Assembly: GCA_965203315.1 (NCBI GenBank)
Contig: OZ241857.1
Span: 96,001-160,000, forward strand
Length of the DNA: 64,000 bases
Direction: 5' to 3'
From: Nitrosopumilus sp.
GTDB taxonomy: Archaea > Thermoproteota > Nitrososphaeria > Nitrososphaerales > Nitrosopumilaceae
Both the position numbers and the translations under genes were made by a program. Below the pieces are notes generated by a model, which saw nothing but the letters and a program-made list of their open reading frames with translations, was not told the DNA's origin and searched no databases. The first letter of the stretch is position 1. Each line of letters opens with the position of its first letter. Below, piece by piece: positions 43,701 to 52,849 of this stretch.

Positions 43701-46607
43701 GAATCAAAAACTGAAACACTCCCGAACTCTCTATTTGTAATTACTGATGATTACGCATGTGATGCAACACTTGATCCTATTAAAAGTCTCAAGGAAAAAC
43801 AGGTTCCAAATTTTGTCAGACCAGACAATGTATCCCCTAAAAATAACAGACTATTTGGATTCGGTCTAGACTTTGAATCTCCATGTTCCACACCAAGTCC
43901 AGAAACTCCATCTAACCAAACCTTGTTCACCGACAAAGAGATGCGAGTCACTCTATACGGCAAGGCAGACAAAAAACCCTACTATTTCTCTCCACGTGAC
44001 GGCATACTGCAAGCTCAACCAATACCCGCATGTACCAGTGATATCATTCACACAAACAACAATACTTTACGAGGCGACAATACCATCTGTTATGGTAAAC
44101 ATGGTGATGATATGGTCATCATAACAAAACGACTGGCTGGATTTTATGGTGCAGCCAACAAAGTCACCACACCTACAAATCCGGTAAACCTCAATGCAGA
44201 TCCTCCATATCCATCTCCCAAGGTACCTCGTGAAACAGATCTCTTGCGATTGTCATCCCCTGCAAACTTTCCTGCACTGAATGCAGATGGCAGAACTTTA
44301 TCGGTGACATCTGATCCGACCACTTTTCCTGGCGCATACTTGGCAGGTAATGATCGTGAGCGATACACCGGTCATCAAAACACTAGAATAGGTGACATGC
44401 ATATAAAAAACGATACAAAGATACTCCGCAACGAGTTTCCAGAGACGAGTACATGTAGAGCTCAATTCAGAACCGTCAATGTTCTGATTGCCGATGACAA
44501 TTATGGAAATCTCACTCTTAAAGTACCTACCAATTTAATAGCAGACTCGGGTTCGTTTGGACCAAACTTTCTTGCTAGCGATACATGTAAAATAGATCTC
44601 ACCAAAAACTCTACCAAACCTCTCATAACCGACAAAGAGTTGTGGTTTACCCTATACAACAAGGTAAATGAACACCCATACTATTTCTCACCTCGTGAAA
44701 ACATAACAGATGCTCAGCCAATTCCTGCATGTACAACCGAGACACTTGACAAAAGCGACAATACTCTCAAGGGTGATACTATTATGTGCTTTGCTAAACA
44801 TACCAACGACAATGATATCATCATTATAACAAAACGGCTTAGTGGATTTTATGGAGCAGCTGCTCTGATACTCGAACCTACAACTCGTGCACCCATCAAT
44901 CCAGTTACGCCCAGCACACCAGTCCCACCCAGCACACCAGTCCCACCCAGCGGCACAGTTCCCGTTACTGTACCTGTTACTATTGAGACAGCTTTTCCAC
45001 TAGTTACTGACCCCAAGTCTCACACACGTATGGATATACCAATAAGATCACTGGGTGCAGATGTTGGTGGTCTCTTAACTGAGAACGGCACCTTTAGACA
45101 CGGATACTTGGATCTAGGTGATTCTGGCATCGAGTCGGGCTATACCGGACCCATACATGTTGGTTATGTTTACCTTCCACCAAACACAAAACTAGATCCA
45201 AATCCATCATTTGCAGCTGTTGGCAAGAACACTTTTGACGCAAATCTCTTACCTACCTATATTAAACAAACCTTGTTCACTGATTCCAACACGTTAGGTG
45301 TACCAGCATTTGGATTCTTTTACGAGCCGGGAGCCGATTATCTCAAATCTGATGACAAGGCTACAATGTTCAAACCGCACGAAACCAACTCTACTATACG
45401 TGTCGTACTGTACAACCAGACCGGCAAGGCTGGATTCTCTTACTATCCATTAGGACCAGCAAAGACGTTTACACCAGATTTCATGTCAAAATGTACTGCA
45501 TCTAACTTTGACTTTACCACTCTATTACTAAAAGGCGACACCAAAGACTGCTATTACGACAACAATCGTGACATGATCATATTTACAAAGATACTAGAGT
45601 GGTATGGTGCTGCAGATGACCCCAGTAAATCTATGAATAAAACGACTAAATCGGATAAAAGCGATACTTTTCTGTCCCTTGCACCAACATTTGGCAGATC
45701 ACAGTTTACGGGTGAACAGTTGGTAACCTGTGGCTATAAGATGGACGACACTTGCCGTGATGTTACTGCATATCACGTCCAGTACGAACGAGACACAATC
45801 CAGACAAACACGACGCACACATTTGCTCTCAAAGCACACGCGCCAAATCTGTTAAACAATGTAATGCTGGCATTCAGTGTACCTACAGTTGGTGCTCCAC
45901 TGAGTGCAGCAGAAGCACACATTTCTGTAAATCTTGGTATAAACTATAGCGAACCGTCATACCACTATATCACAGATGTTACTATACATGACCCAAACAA
46001 TATCATCGACTATGATATACAAGGTACAACAGTATCCAAGGTATCTTGTTCTGGCGGTACACTAGAGTGTATCCAAGTAATCCTCCCAGATGTACTATTC
46101 CGTGATGTAATGAATCACGAACCATTTGCTATACAAGTAACAGACACGTTATCACTAAACGCAATAAACTACATGAACGAAGGCGTCTTTGTTAAAGGTC
46201 CATCACTAAATGCACCACCAACTGTACGACCAGGACTAACACTATCTAGTGACGATGGTAGACCGATAAACTTGGTACTGGTCCGTACAGACAAGGTCTC
46301 TGATCTGTGGGCTGATGCATTTGGAAACACGTGGAGCCGCAACTCGTTTGGCAACTTTGTCATTGTACAATATGCACCATACGCAGGTACCACTCCAGTG
46401 TGTACAGACATCAACGACAGAATCTGTCCACCATTCAAGGTCAAACTCGACTGGCACAACCAAAAGATGATAGAACTACGTGACTCGCTATACAATGCAT
46501 ACAAGACAGAACCATACGCCGAGATCGACAACATATTCACATACGAGTTTGGTGACATGGACTCTCGCACGAGAACACTGATCAATCTGGGCTGGCTGAC
46601 CGAGTAG
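40737..46607 (+). CDS. Giant secreted surface protein (1956 aa): signal peptide, 7 Cys-containing ~200-aa repeats, conserved C-terminal domain
   Basis: Repeat consensus GDI.I...PNP...C...C...TDKEMRITL...GKKA.Y.SPR...AQPIPAC...LKG.T.MCYG...IIITKR..G.YGA; Pro-rich linkers. Confidence 0.9.
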   Translation: MSKRHLISVLVLVAVVPLLLVDLDDAFGAVIPPPNYPPIQSLNHPGGLRSDIHSSGISLVKHSNNSATINLETSYDHYRIDPVYAPLGDITIDKGTMILPNPKLTSIGCTVQFGVNDVGANPSNNIHEYAKLPTDVDRRTYTNLPESDVKVIGVDFKEYTSSSCDVSALTTKNSTNSPLLTDKSLRVTLYGQAGKKAFFASHFENITTAQLIPECTSANFDNTTKQLKGQTRMCHGTYGNHLIIITTQIGEYGATSTILPPDTLPILPPSGFPTTLTTSDVPYLTTSLNIDTGTLGTSAKRYQIDGTQPGSPVKAGDIHIQGTTTILSNPILLSLSTTCAFNIVSLPALSTAFPTNVQPAGNATNPASIAFSGQSSCASLSPTHPMITDKEMRITLTNKTGSKAWYASPSEGITEAQPIPACTDDMIHKNQTLKGRTKMCYGVYSDDLIIITKRFFGQYGAAETITPPQNSVDLDSSYAIPPGTLSIPPPSGFPTSLTTSEAPYMSAQLASDNGTIGATSGKRYQIDGNQNVPVKAGDIHIQGTTTILSNPFFVGKGYTCPFNVFSLPTERTFHGGGFAYPTNVQPTGNATNPASITFHGDSSCANWSPTHPMITDKEMRITLDNKTGSKAWYASPRQNITEAQPIPACTADTINVSTGKLKGNTKMCYGVYDGELVIVTKRFLGYYGSADTITTPQNQVDLDSDKHMLLPSVPVVPPPTPGQTLTITIPVPNDGNITNAPLSLDHNTPNKIRLFNNEVSPGLGTRYHGSSISGSLGNITIHYNTNITSQTFTVPSNPENYCYVAHPNAGRFASIPKISSYTVILYLDIQKSSEQRCVNVPDISFDGKLTLDKEVYIKLTGTDGQNIFYHVSGTDTPVEIPKCTSTNFDSSDNTLKGNTEVCYGKDGTDTVIVSKILARFGATTEDIPKSSTPDPGSQDLLTIPPKTNSTVDGAVQFNSDKFNSGKIFYSGSDMRFLDKPNPTGDIYIESKTETLPNSLFVITDDYACDATLDPIKSLKEKQVPNFVRPDNVSPKNNRLFGFGLDFESPCSTPSPETPSNQTLFTDKEMRVTLYGKADKKPYYFSPRDGILQAQPIPACTSDIIHTNNNTLRGDNTICYGKHGDDMVIITKRLAGFYGAANKVTTPTNPVNLNADPPYPSPKVPRETDLLRLSSPANFPALNADGRTLSVTSDPTTFPGAYLAGNDRERYTGHQNTRIGDMHIKNDTKILRNEFPETSTCRAQFRTVNVLIADDNYGNLTLKVPTNLIADSGSFGPNFLASDTCKIDLTKNSTKPLITDKELWFTLYNKVNEHPYYFSPRENITDAQPIPACTTETLDKSDNTLKGDTIMCFAKHTNDNDIIIITKRLSGFYGAAALILEPTTRAPINPVTPSTPVPPSTPVPPSGTVPVTVPVTIETAFPLVTDPKSHTRMDIPIRSLGADVGGLLTENGTFRHGYLDLGDSGIESGYTGPIHVGYVYLPPNTKLDPNPSFAAVGKNTFDANLLPTYIKQTLFTDSNTLGVPAFGFFYEPGADYLKSDDKATMFKPHETNSTIRVVLYNQTGKAGFSYYPLGPAKTFTPDFMSKCTASNFDFTTLLLKGDTKDCYYDNNRDMIIFTKILEWYGAADDPSKSMNKTTKSDKSDTFLSLAPTFGRSQFTGEQLVTCGYKMDDTCRDVTAYHVQYERDTIQTNTTHTFALKAHAPNLLNNVMLAFSVPTVGAPLSAAEAHISVNLGINYSEPSYHYITDVTIHDPNNIIDYDIQGTTVSKVSCSGGTLECIQVILPDVLFRDVMNHEPFAIQVTDTLSLNAINYMNEGVFVKGPSLNAPPTVRPGLTLSSDDGRPINLVLVRTDKVSDLWADAFGNTWSRNSFGNFVIVQYAPYAGTTPVCTDINDRICPPFKVKLDWHNQKMIELRDSLYNAYKTEPYAEIDNIFTYEFGDMDSRTRTLINLGWLTE

Positions 46608-46813
46608 GTCAATGTTCTATCTTTGTAAACATAATAAATTTCCTAGTGTCTAGTATCACAATTTGGTGTTATCTATTCTGCTAGATGTAAATTCCATCTC
46701 TGACCTCACACATGCAATAGTAAACAAGAAACAATTCTGTCAAATTGCATACTGGGCGTTTCTTGAAATAACTATATCTTAATCTTAACCTCCAGATAAG
46801 TTAAAACCAGGTA

Positions 46814-47089
46814 TTGGATAACTTTGACATACACATGGATCCAAGACTTTATGAAAAGATGATTGAAAAGATTCAGCATACGATTTTAAATCAAGACGAG
46901 ATCAATAGACTGGCAAAACTATTTGGTGGAGACACAAACTCTGTCGTTCTTGGAATAATTGTGGGGCGATTGTATAATTCATTCTATTATCAATCAAAAC
47001 GAATCTTGAAACGTGAACCAACATCTGACGAGTTTGAAGCGTTTTTAGACTTTGTACGGTCTCAATGCGATCAATTTGATCTAAGGTGA
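46814..47089 (+). CDS. Hypothetical protein
   Basis: 91-aa ORF with GRLYNSFYYQSKRILKREPT. Confidence 0.7.
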   Translation: MDNFDIHMDPRLYEKMIEKIQHTILNQDEINRLAKLFGGDTNSVVLGIIVGRLYNSFYYQSKRILKREPTSDEFEAFLDFVRSQCDQFDLR

Positions 47090-47590
47090 TGGTTTGTTCC
47101 ATGGTACGACTTTGATTGTGGGCGTGCCTGGAATCTTTACACATGCTGATCTTAGTGCCTTCTTTGCAGCACCTAGGTGGTCTTTACCATTTACATACAA
47201 CTCCATTATACATTGTCCCTGTGTAACTCGTGCTCCAAGACTCACTGCTTTGCCCCACGATCTGCGCATTCCTTCTGAGATTCTGTCTGCTCCTGCAGTA
47301 GCTATCTGTTTGTTCTCTCTTAATAGAATGTGGGGATATATGCGTAATCGTGAATAGTATCCAGTCTCGCCTGTAGTCTTTTCAAGTGTCTTGTTTGCTG
47401 CTAGCCTAGTAGATTCTATAGCCATGTGTCGAATCTGTATCTTTTCGTTAACACATAATTGAACACAATACTCGTATGTGTCACGTTTACCACCTTGGTG
47501 TTTTGCAATCTTTGAGTTTGGCTTGCCTTTGATATACTCTTTTCTGGTAAATGCTTGACCTTTACCACTTCGATAGTTGGCTCCATGCAT
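47081..47590 (-). CDS. rpl10e: 50S ribosomal protein L10e (uL16)
   Basis: QIRHMAIES, YPHILLRENK, AGADRISEGMR. Confidence 0.95.
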   Translation of the reverse strand: MHGANYRSGKGQAFTRKEYIKGKPNSKIAKHQGGKRDTYEYCVQLCVNEKIQIRHMAIESTRLAANKTLEKTTGETGYYSRLRIYPHILLRENKQIATAGADRISEGMRRSWGKAVSLGARVTQGQCIMELYVNGKDHLGAAKKALRSACVKIPGTPTIKVVPWNKPSP

Positions 47591-47946
47591 GATATCATCT
47601 AGCCACTCATACCCATATTTTAACGATTAGAATAATCCTGTTTGCATGTAGCAACCAAATAGCTCGCATTAATGTGATGTGAAACTCTTATGATTTATCG
47701 ATATGTGCTGATCCTTGGTAGACAATGTTGTGTCTGATATCTCTTGAGACATATGTGTTTCTGGTTGTACCGTTGCATTACTATCTAGTCGATCTATTCG
47801 ACTCGGTAATAAAATAGCCATTATAAAACTAAATTTGCATATTTGCATAAAAACACTCGTGGCATTTGACATGTTGTGTCTTGTCGTCTACACGAGGTGA
47901 GTTCCAATATCTAATCCTTATATGGAAATCATTATCTGCCGTTGTT

Positions 47947-48495
47947 GTGGATGACACAATATTTCAGGGACAAATGATCTCAAAACAGGCTTGTATACGC
48001 GACAGCACTATGATCAACGAACTAGACTCCAAGGGTTTTGGTGAGATCGATGGAGAGAGATTACTTTTAGCACAGTTTGAGACACTGTATCTACTTTATA
48101 CAAAACGACTTGTTCTTACAAAAGGAGAGAAAAGTATAGACTTTGGCACTTTTATGAGTATGTGCAAAAAGATCGATTCAGACATACTTACAAAGTTTCT
48201 AGTATATAGAGATCTTCGTAACCGCGGTTATGTTGTAAAGGACGGCTTTGGCTTTGGATCTGACTTTAGAGTATATGAGCGTGGCCAATTTAGTCAAAAG
48301 GCTGCCAAGTTTTTGGTCTTTGGACTCAACGAGGGACAGCAAGAGAATGTTGGCAAACTGCAAAAAAAGATCGATCAAATAACTCAAATGGGAAAAGAGC
48401 CGATAATCGCTGTTATCGAGAGACGTGGCGAGATCATATACTACAAGATCAACCATATCAAATTTACAGTAAATGATCTACAAGATATAGACTGA
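47947..48495 (+). CDS. endA: tRNA-intron endonuclease subunit
   Basis: FLVYRDLRNRGYVVKDGFGFGSDFRVY; GTG start at 47947. Confidence 0.9.
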   Translation: MDDTIFQGQMISKQACIRDSTMINELDSKGFGEIDGERLLLAQFETLYLLYTKRLVLTKGEKSIDFGTFMSMCKKIDSDILTKFLVYRDLRNRGYVVKDGFGFGSDFRVYERGQFSQKAAKFLVFGLNEGQQENVGKLQKKIDQITQMGKEPIIAVIERRGEIIYYKINHIKFTVNDLQDID

Positions 48496-48499
48496 CTGT

Positions 48500-48900
48500 T
48501 GAGTTAACCCGTTTTACCATGCACCAAGTAAATGCACCTGACTATCTAAATCTGAGATAAAGATACCTTGAGAACTAGCAAGAGTACCATGATCAATCAG
48601 ACAGCAAGTTGGATACATCACATCTTGATTCAACATCACAAGTATCCTGTATCGTAGATCAGCACATAAATCTCGACAACAAGAAATTTGTAACAACACT
48701 GTGTGATGTTACTCTTAATCTCTTTACGTTCTTGAACTTTTAGAATGGATCAACAACGAGACAGAACTATACATGTGTCTAATGGTAATACACCACTACA
48801 CTTTACATCACATCGAGGTATGACTATATGTCTACCTCTACGTTCTTTACATGTCATAAATGGCAAGAGTGTTAAAAGACGAGTTGTTGTCTCTTTTCCA
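48500..48900 (+). pseudogene. Decayed IS66 transposase 3' remnant
   Basis: TTCTTTACATGTC...GACGAGTTGTTG matches the 55055-55155 relic; boundaries approximate. Confidence 0.4.
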
Positions 48901-48907
48901 AGACATT

Positions 48908-49047
48908 AGACTGTGTGCGTATTATTAAGAGTGCCCATGTCCAATCATCAAACACGATAACATGAATCAATTTGCCTCTAGAAATCACACTTGTGTTTTA
49001 TTGTACCTTAAAACGTGAGTATTGTGTAAGAAATACGCATACAGTCT
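48908..49047. mobile_element. MITE family D, 3-bp TSD ATT
   Basis: AGACTGTGTGCGTATT ... AATACGCATACAGTCT flanked by ATT/ATT. Confidence 0.85.
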
Positions 49048-49196
49048 ATTGCAGATGTACAAAACACTAGACAACATATGCCGTGTGCGATCATTCAACG
49101 ACACCTCATCACACTCAAACTACAAGATTGTTATCTGAATGACCGGTTACCCTTCACTATGTGGAATATATATGCCATGTATGTTGCATTTAACAC

Positions 49197-49535
49197 ATGT
49201 CCGAACCTCTAGACATTAATGTGAGTCACAGTCCAAATTTTAAAGAAATTCATGTCACGGGACAGGTTTCAAATTTAGGCTATGACGGATTAAAATTAAC
49301 AGTACTACATGACACTCACGATCTCCAGCACGCGTTGCAGGAAGATCCTATCAAAATATCTAAAACAACAATCAATCGAGAGATCGAGTGTACGTTAAAC
49401 TTGACACCAATAAATCTCAAAGCTTGGGCAATCCTATTTCAACAAGAGCTAGAGAGATACGAAAAACTATTTGGTACTATACTATCACCTGAAGAGATAG
49501 GTGAGAGATTCAAAAATTTTAGACTAGGACACTAG
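49197..49535 (+). CDS. Hypothetical protein (DUF3467-like)
   Basis: 112-aa ORF; NFKEIHVTG...EIECTLNLTP...YEKLFGTI. Confidence 0.65.
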   Translation: MSEPLDINVSHSPNFKEIHVTGQVSNLGYDGLKLTVLHDTHDLQHALQEDPIKISKTTINREIECTLNLTPINLKAWAILFQQELERYEKLFGTILSPEEIGERFKNFRLGH

Positions 49536-49688
49536 TTTTGTATTGCGACTTTCACAACTTGGAGATTCGAGTTACTGTCTGTGAATGCCATGTAGTGTGA
49601 GACTAGATAATATAGTATTCAAACGTGTAATGAGTAATTGCGACATCTCTGATACGAGAATATTAACACGATTTTTGTTCACAAATCA

Positions 49689-50366
49689 CTAATAACCTAG
49701 TACCCAACCTGCCGAGTATTTTAAGAGTCCATTCTTCTCGGCATACACAAAGTCATACACGTCTACATACTTTGTCTTATCTTTCCACAACTCTTCAAAG
49801 TCTCTGATCTTTCGCTCAACTCTAGATCTATCGTTCCATGACGTAAACACATCGACTGACTCAAAGTCTTTCGGATGCGCGGATAATGACTCTCCTGACG
49901 TTCCAGTAAACGCAACAATGTTGTCTAGTTCATCTCTGAATATCCCAATCCTCTCTGAGAATGAGTTGACTATCTCATCAGAGTTTGGTATGGCAATCTT
50001 TAACTCTATCTGCCCATTATCTACAAACTCTTGTAGTTTTTGGATCTTTACATTGTGAATATGATCTCCGTTGAATTTGGTATGTTTTGCTGAGAACAGC
50101 TTGGCCAACAGATCTAGATCTGATGTCTTGAACTTGTATCCGGTTATCATCTTTAGTTTTGCTTTCCCTTCTACAAAGTTGTTAAATGTCATTGCTATCA
50201 AGACTAGTGTTTGAATTGATAAAAAATCCACACATCTGTTATATTCTGTACAGTTACTCAAACAAGGTAAGAAAAACTCTGCAAATATATCATCGCTATC
50301 TGATCTATACTCTTCTTTCAGTTTGATGTTTTGGAGACTCATATCTGATATTATACCTGTCGTCAT
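49689..50366 (-). CDS. Stand-alone PLD-like domain of the type found N-terminal to SF2 restriction/DNA-repair helicases; catalytic HxK degenerate
   Basis: YRSDSDDIFAEFFLPCL, FSERIGIFRD...VAFTGTSGES, FESVDVFTSW, FEELW. Confidence 0.7.
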   Translation of the reverse strand: MTTGIISDMSLQNIKLKEEYRSDSDDIFAEFFLPCLSNCTEYNRCVDFLSIQTLVLIAMTFNNFVEGKAKLKMITGYKFKTSDLDLLAKLFSAKHTKFNGDHIHNVKIQKLQEFVDNGQIELKIAIPNSDEIVNSFSERIGIFRDELDNIVAFTGTSGESLSAHPKDFESVDVFTSWNDRSRVERKIRDFEELWKDKTKYVDVYDFVYAEKNGLLKYSAGWVLGY

Positions 50367-50432
50367 TTAAAACGATAAGCAAATCATACATTTGATGCTA
50401 GAATATCACAATGTGAAATATCCGTACAAATA

Positions 50433-51200
50433 TCATGCTTTGAAGAATAACTCTAATGCTCTACCAAACATCTTGTTCAACTCGCCTAGTCGCGACTCTT
50501 TGACGACAAGTCTATCTGGATCGAACCATCGCTCATCTAGATATAGACTTCTACTCATCTCGACTTGGATCCATGGAATCGGATCGTTTCCATATGTTTT
50601 GGTAATGTATCCTCCATGGAATGGGTCATTTGTAGAGACATCTCTTCTATCGATACGGAAAGATTCAGACATGCAGTCAGCTAGATCATTCATCATCTCG
50701 TTCGGAGCAGACTTGCCATCTGCATTTGACAAGCATAATGTCGGTCTCTTTGTGTCGATTTTATCGGGAGCGATATTGGGTGCAAAAGCAGCCATGGTGT
50801 GACAGTCTAGACACAACCGCAGATCCAATTCCTTGGTACTATTCTGGATTCTCTGGTGATATGGATAATAATAGACACTAGTCAGTATCTTGCAGAGGTT
50901 GTCATCAGGTTCTTGTCCGTCTCGATATATCTGTATATTGTATGCAGTCTTGCTCTTGATCAAACCATCGGGATTTGTGGGTGGCATATCTTGAGGAGAG
51001 CGGTTTAGATCAACAAACGTACGTGGAATATCTGCATATATTACACGTTGTACTTTATCTCCTGTATTGTATATCTCGTTTGCAAATGGGTCCGAGTCAT
51101 CAAAGAGATCTCTATCTGTGATACATGTTCTACCATCTAACTCGGGAGGTCGTTCCCTGCCCCCGTGTGGTATCGATAACAGTACTGGTAGTCTAGTCAT
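50433..51200 (-). CDS. N-formylglutamate amidohydrolase family protein
   Basis: SIPHGG, DSDP, RTFVDLNR, YYYPYH, LDCH, PFHGGYIT, QVEMSRSLY. Confidence 0.88.
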   Translation of the reverse strand: MTRLPVLLSIPHGGRERPPELDGRTCITDRDLFDDSDPFANEIYNTGDKVQRVIYADIPRTFVDLNRSPQDMPPTNPDGLIKSKTAYNIQIYRDGQEPDDNLCKILTSVYYYPYHQRIQNSTKELDLRLCLDCHTMAAFAPNIAPDKIDTKRPTLCLSNADGKSAPNEMMNDLADCMSESFRIDRRDVSTNDPFHGGYITKTYGNDPIPWIQVEMSRSLYLDERWFDPDRLVVKESRLGELNKMFGRALELFFKA

Positions 51201-52846
51201 ATTCCCTCTGCTGTTCCATCGCGTCTGATCTCTGCTACTCCTTGAAAGCCTTCTCTAGTTTGATTCTTGAGTACAGCATGAATCGCGCCAAAATAAAAAG
51301 AGTATCTCTCTCTCATCTTGATCTTGTATCCTTTGTTCTTTAGGTGATCAATAACTGAAACTAGCGAATCATCACTCTCGAGACTGATCGTTCCTCCTAT
51401 CGAACAGTGAATTCTAGGTAACTCCATTGCAGTATACGCCGAGACACCTTCATCAAACAGTCTTGACAAGAATAGGCTTACAGTTGTAAAAATTCTCTCA
51501 CTGCCTGGACTTCCTACTGCAATCCATGGCTTTTTGTTATAAAATATTATACTTGGGCATACAGATGACCAAGCAGTTGCATTCGGTCTTAAGAAGAATG
51601 GATGCATGGGATTCTCAAACTCGAATGATGACATGTAATTGTTGTACAGAAATCCCAATCCATCAGCAGCTGCTTTTGAACCATAGACGAGCTCTATGGA
51701 CTGTGTCATGCTGACTGCGTTTCCTTTATCGTCCATTGTTGAGAGGTGGGTGGTATCTTCTGATAGTGTTGGTTCTTCTGGTGGTAATGTTGGATCGATA
51801 GTATCCTTTATGGATTTTGAGAGATTTCTTGCAAAATTTTTACTCAGGTGAATCTTGTCTTTGATCTGATGATATGTCTTTGGATCAAACGGTCGTTGTG
51901 TTCTGTACAATAATGCCTTCCTAAACGTCTCAGATATGTAGTGGTATGTAGCAGGACTCTTTTTTGCCAAACGTCTTTTAGGAATATTGTTCAACATCAT
52001 CATAACCAATAGCATTGTCTCGCCTGCTCCTGGTGGAGGAGTCGTATAGATATCAACTCCTCTATACTTTTTTGATATTGGTCTTCTCTCTACTGGTTCT
52101 GGAATAAACGACATGTCTTGTCTCCTCAAAAATCCTCTATTCTTACGCATGTCTCTGTCTATCTGGGCTGCAATCTTGCCATGATAAAACGAGTAATATC
52201 CATACTTGCTGAGGTGAGTTAATGTATGGTATAGATCATCTTGTACGAAGAGATCTCCTACATCATATGGAACTATGCCGTCCTTGAGAAAGTACTTTGC
52301 GCCTGACTGTGATCTGACTTTAAAGAACTCTTTTAGATTGTTTATCTGAGAATTGCGTTGCAACTCTGTTATTCTATATCCTCGTTTGGCGATTCTAATT
52401 GCAGGTTTGATTACCGTCTGCCAGTCTAGTGTACCATAATGTTCATTTAGATATCCAATGGTGGCAACTGTACTGGGTACTGTGGTTGCCTTGTATCCTA
52501 TAATTCGTACTCTCTTCTTCTTGAATACAGAAGAATGTGCAAGTGATGGAGCTCTACTCGATCCATCTATTGCTATTATTTCTCCGTTGATGTGGATCAA
52601 AGCACTAGTCTGCCCACCCAATCCTGATGCTTGAGGCTCACACACTGCAAGCGCTAGAGATGCTGCACAGGCGGCATCTATTGCATTACCTCCTTTCTTT
52701 AGCATCTGTACGCCAGCTTTGGTTGCATCTGGAAAAGCTGTAGACACCATTCCATGTCTAGCTGTAGATGCCTTTCTGTTCTTGGTTGTCTCAAACGATC
52801 TCTCGATCCCTTCTATATTGATATACTTTGTATCTCGCCTCGACAT
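51197..52846 (-). CDS. ggt: Gamma-glutamyltransferase family protein
   Basis: GGNAIDAA, EPQASGLGG, TTHLS (Ntn nucleophile Thr), GSPGSERI, PRIH. Confidence 0.92.
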   Translation of the reverse strand: MSRRDTKYINIEGIERSFETTKNRKASTARHGMVSTAFPDATKAGVQMLKKGGNAIDAACAASLALAVCEPQASGLGGQTSALIHINGEIIAIDGSSRAPSLAHSSVFKKKRVRIIGYKATTVPSTVATIGYLNEHYGTLDWQTVIKPAIRIAKRGYRITELQRNSQINNLKEFFKVRSQSGAKYFLKDGIVPYDVGDLFVQDDLYHTLTHLSKYGYYSFYHGKIAAQIDRDMRKNRGFLRRQDMSFIPEPVERRPISKKYRGVDIYTTPPPGAGETMLLVMMMLNNIPKRRLAKKSPATYHYISETFRKALLYRTQRPFDPKTYHQIKDKIHLSKNFARNLSKSIKDTIDPTLPPEEPTLSEDTTHLSTMDDKGNAVSMTQSIELVYGSKAAADGLGFLYNNYMSSFEFENPMHPFFLRPNATAWSSVCPSIIFYNKKPWIAVGSPGSERIFTTVSLFLSRLFDEGVSAYTAMELPRIHCSIGGTISLESDDSLVSVIDHLKNKGYKIKMRERYSFYFGAIHAVLKNQTREGFQGVAEIRRDGTAEGI

Positions 52847-52849
52847 GCC

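Noticed and set aside
17950-46607. The two similar 3' ends as a DGR template/variable repeat pair
   Set aside because: Differences are not confined to adenines and are largely synonymous; no reverse transcriptase is present in the window.
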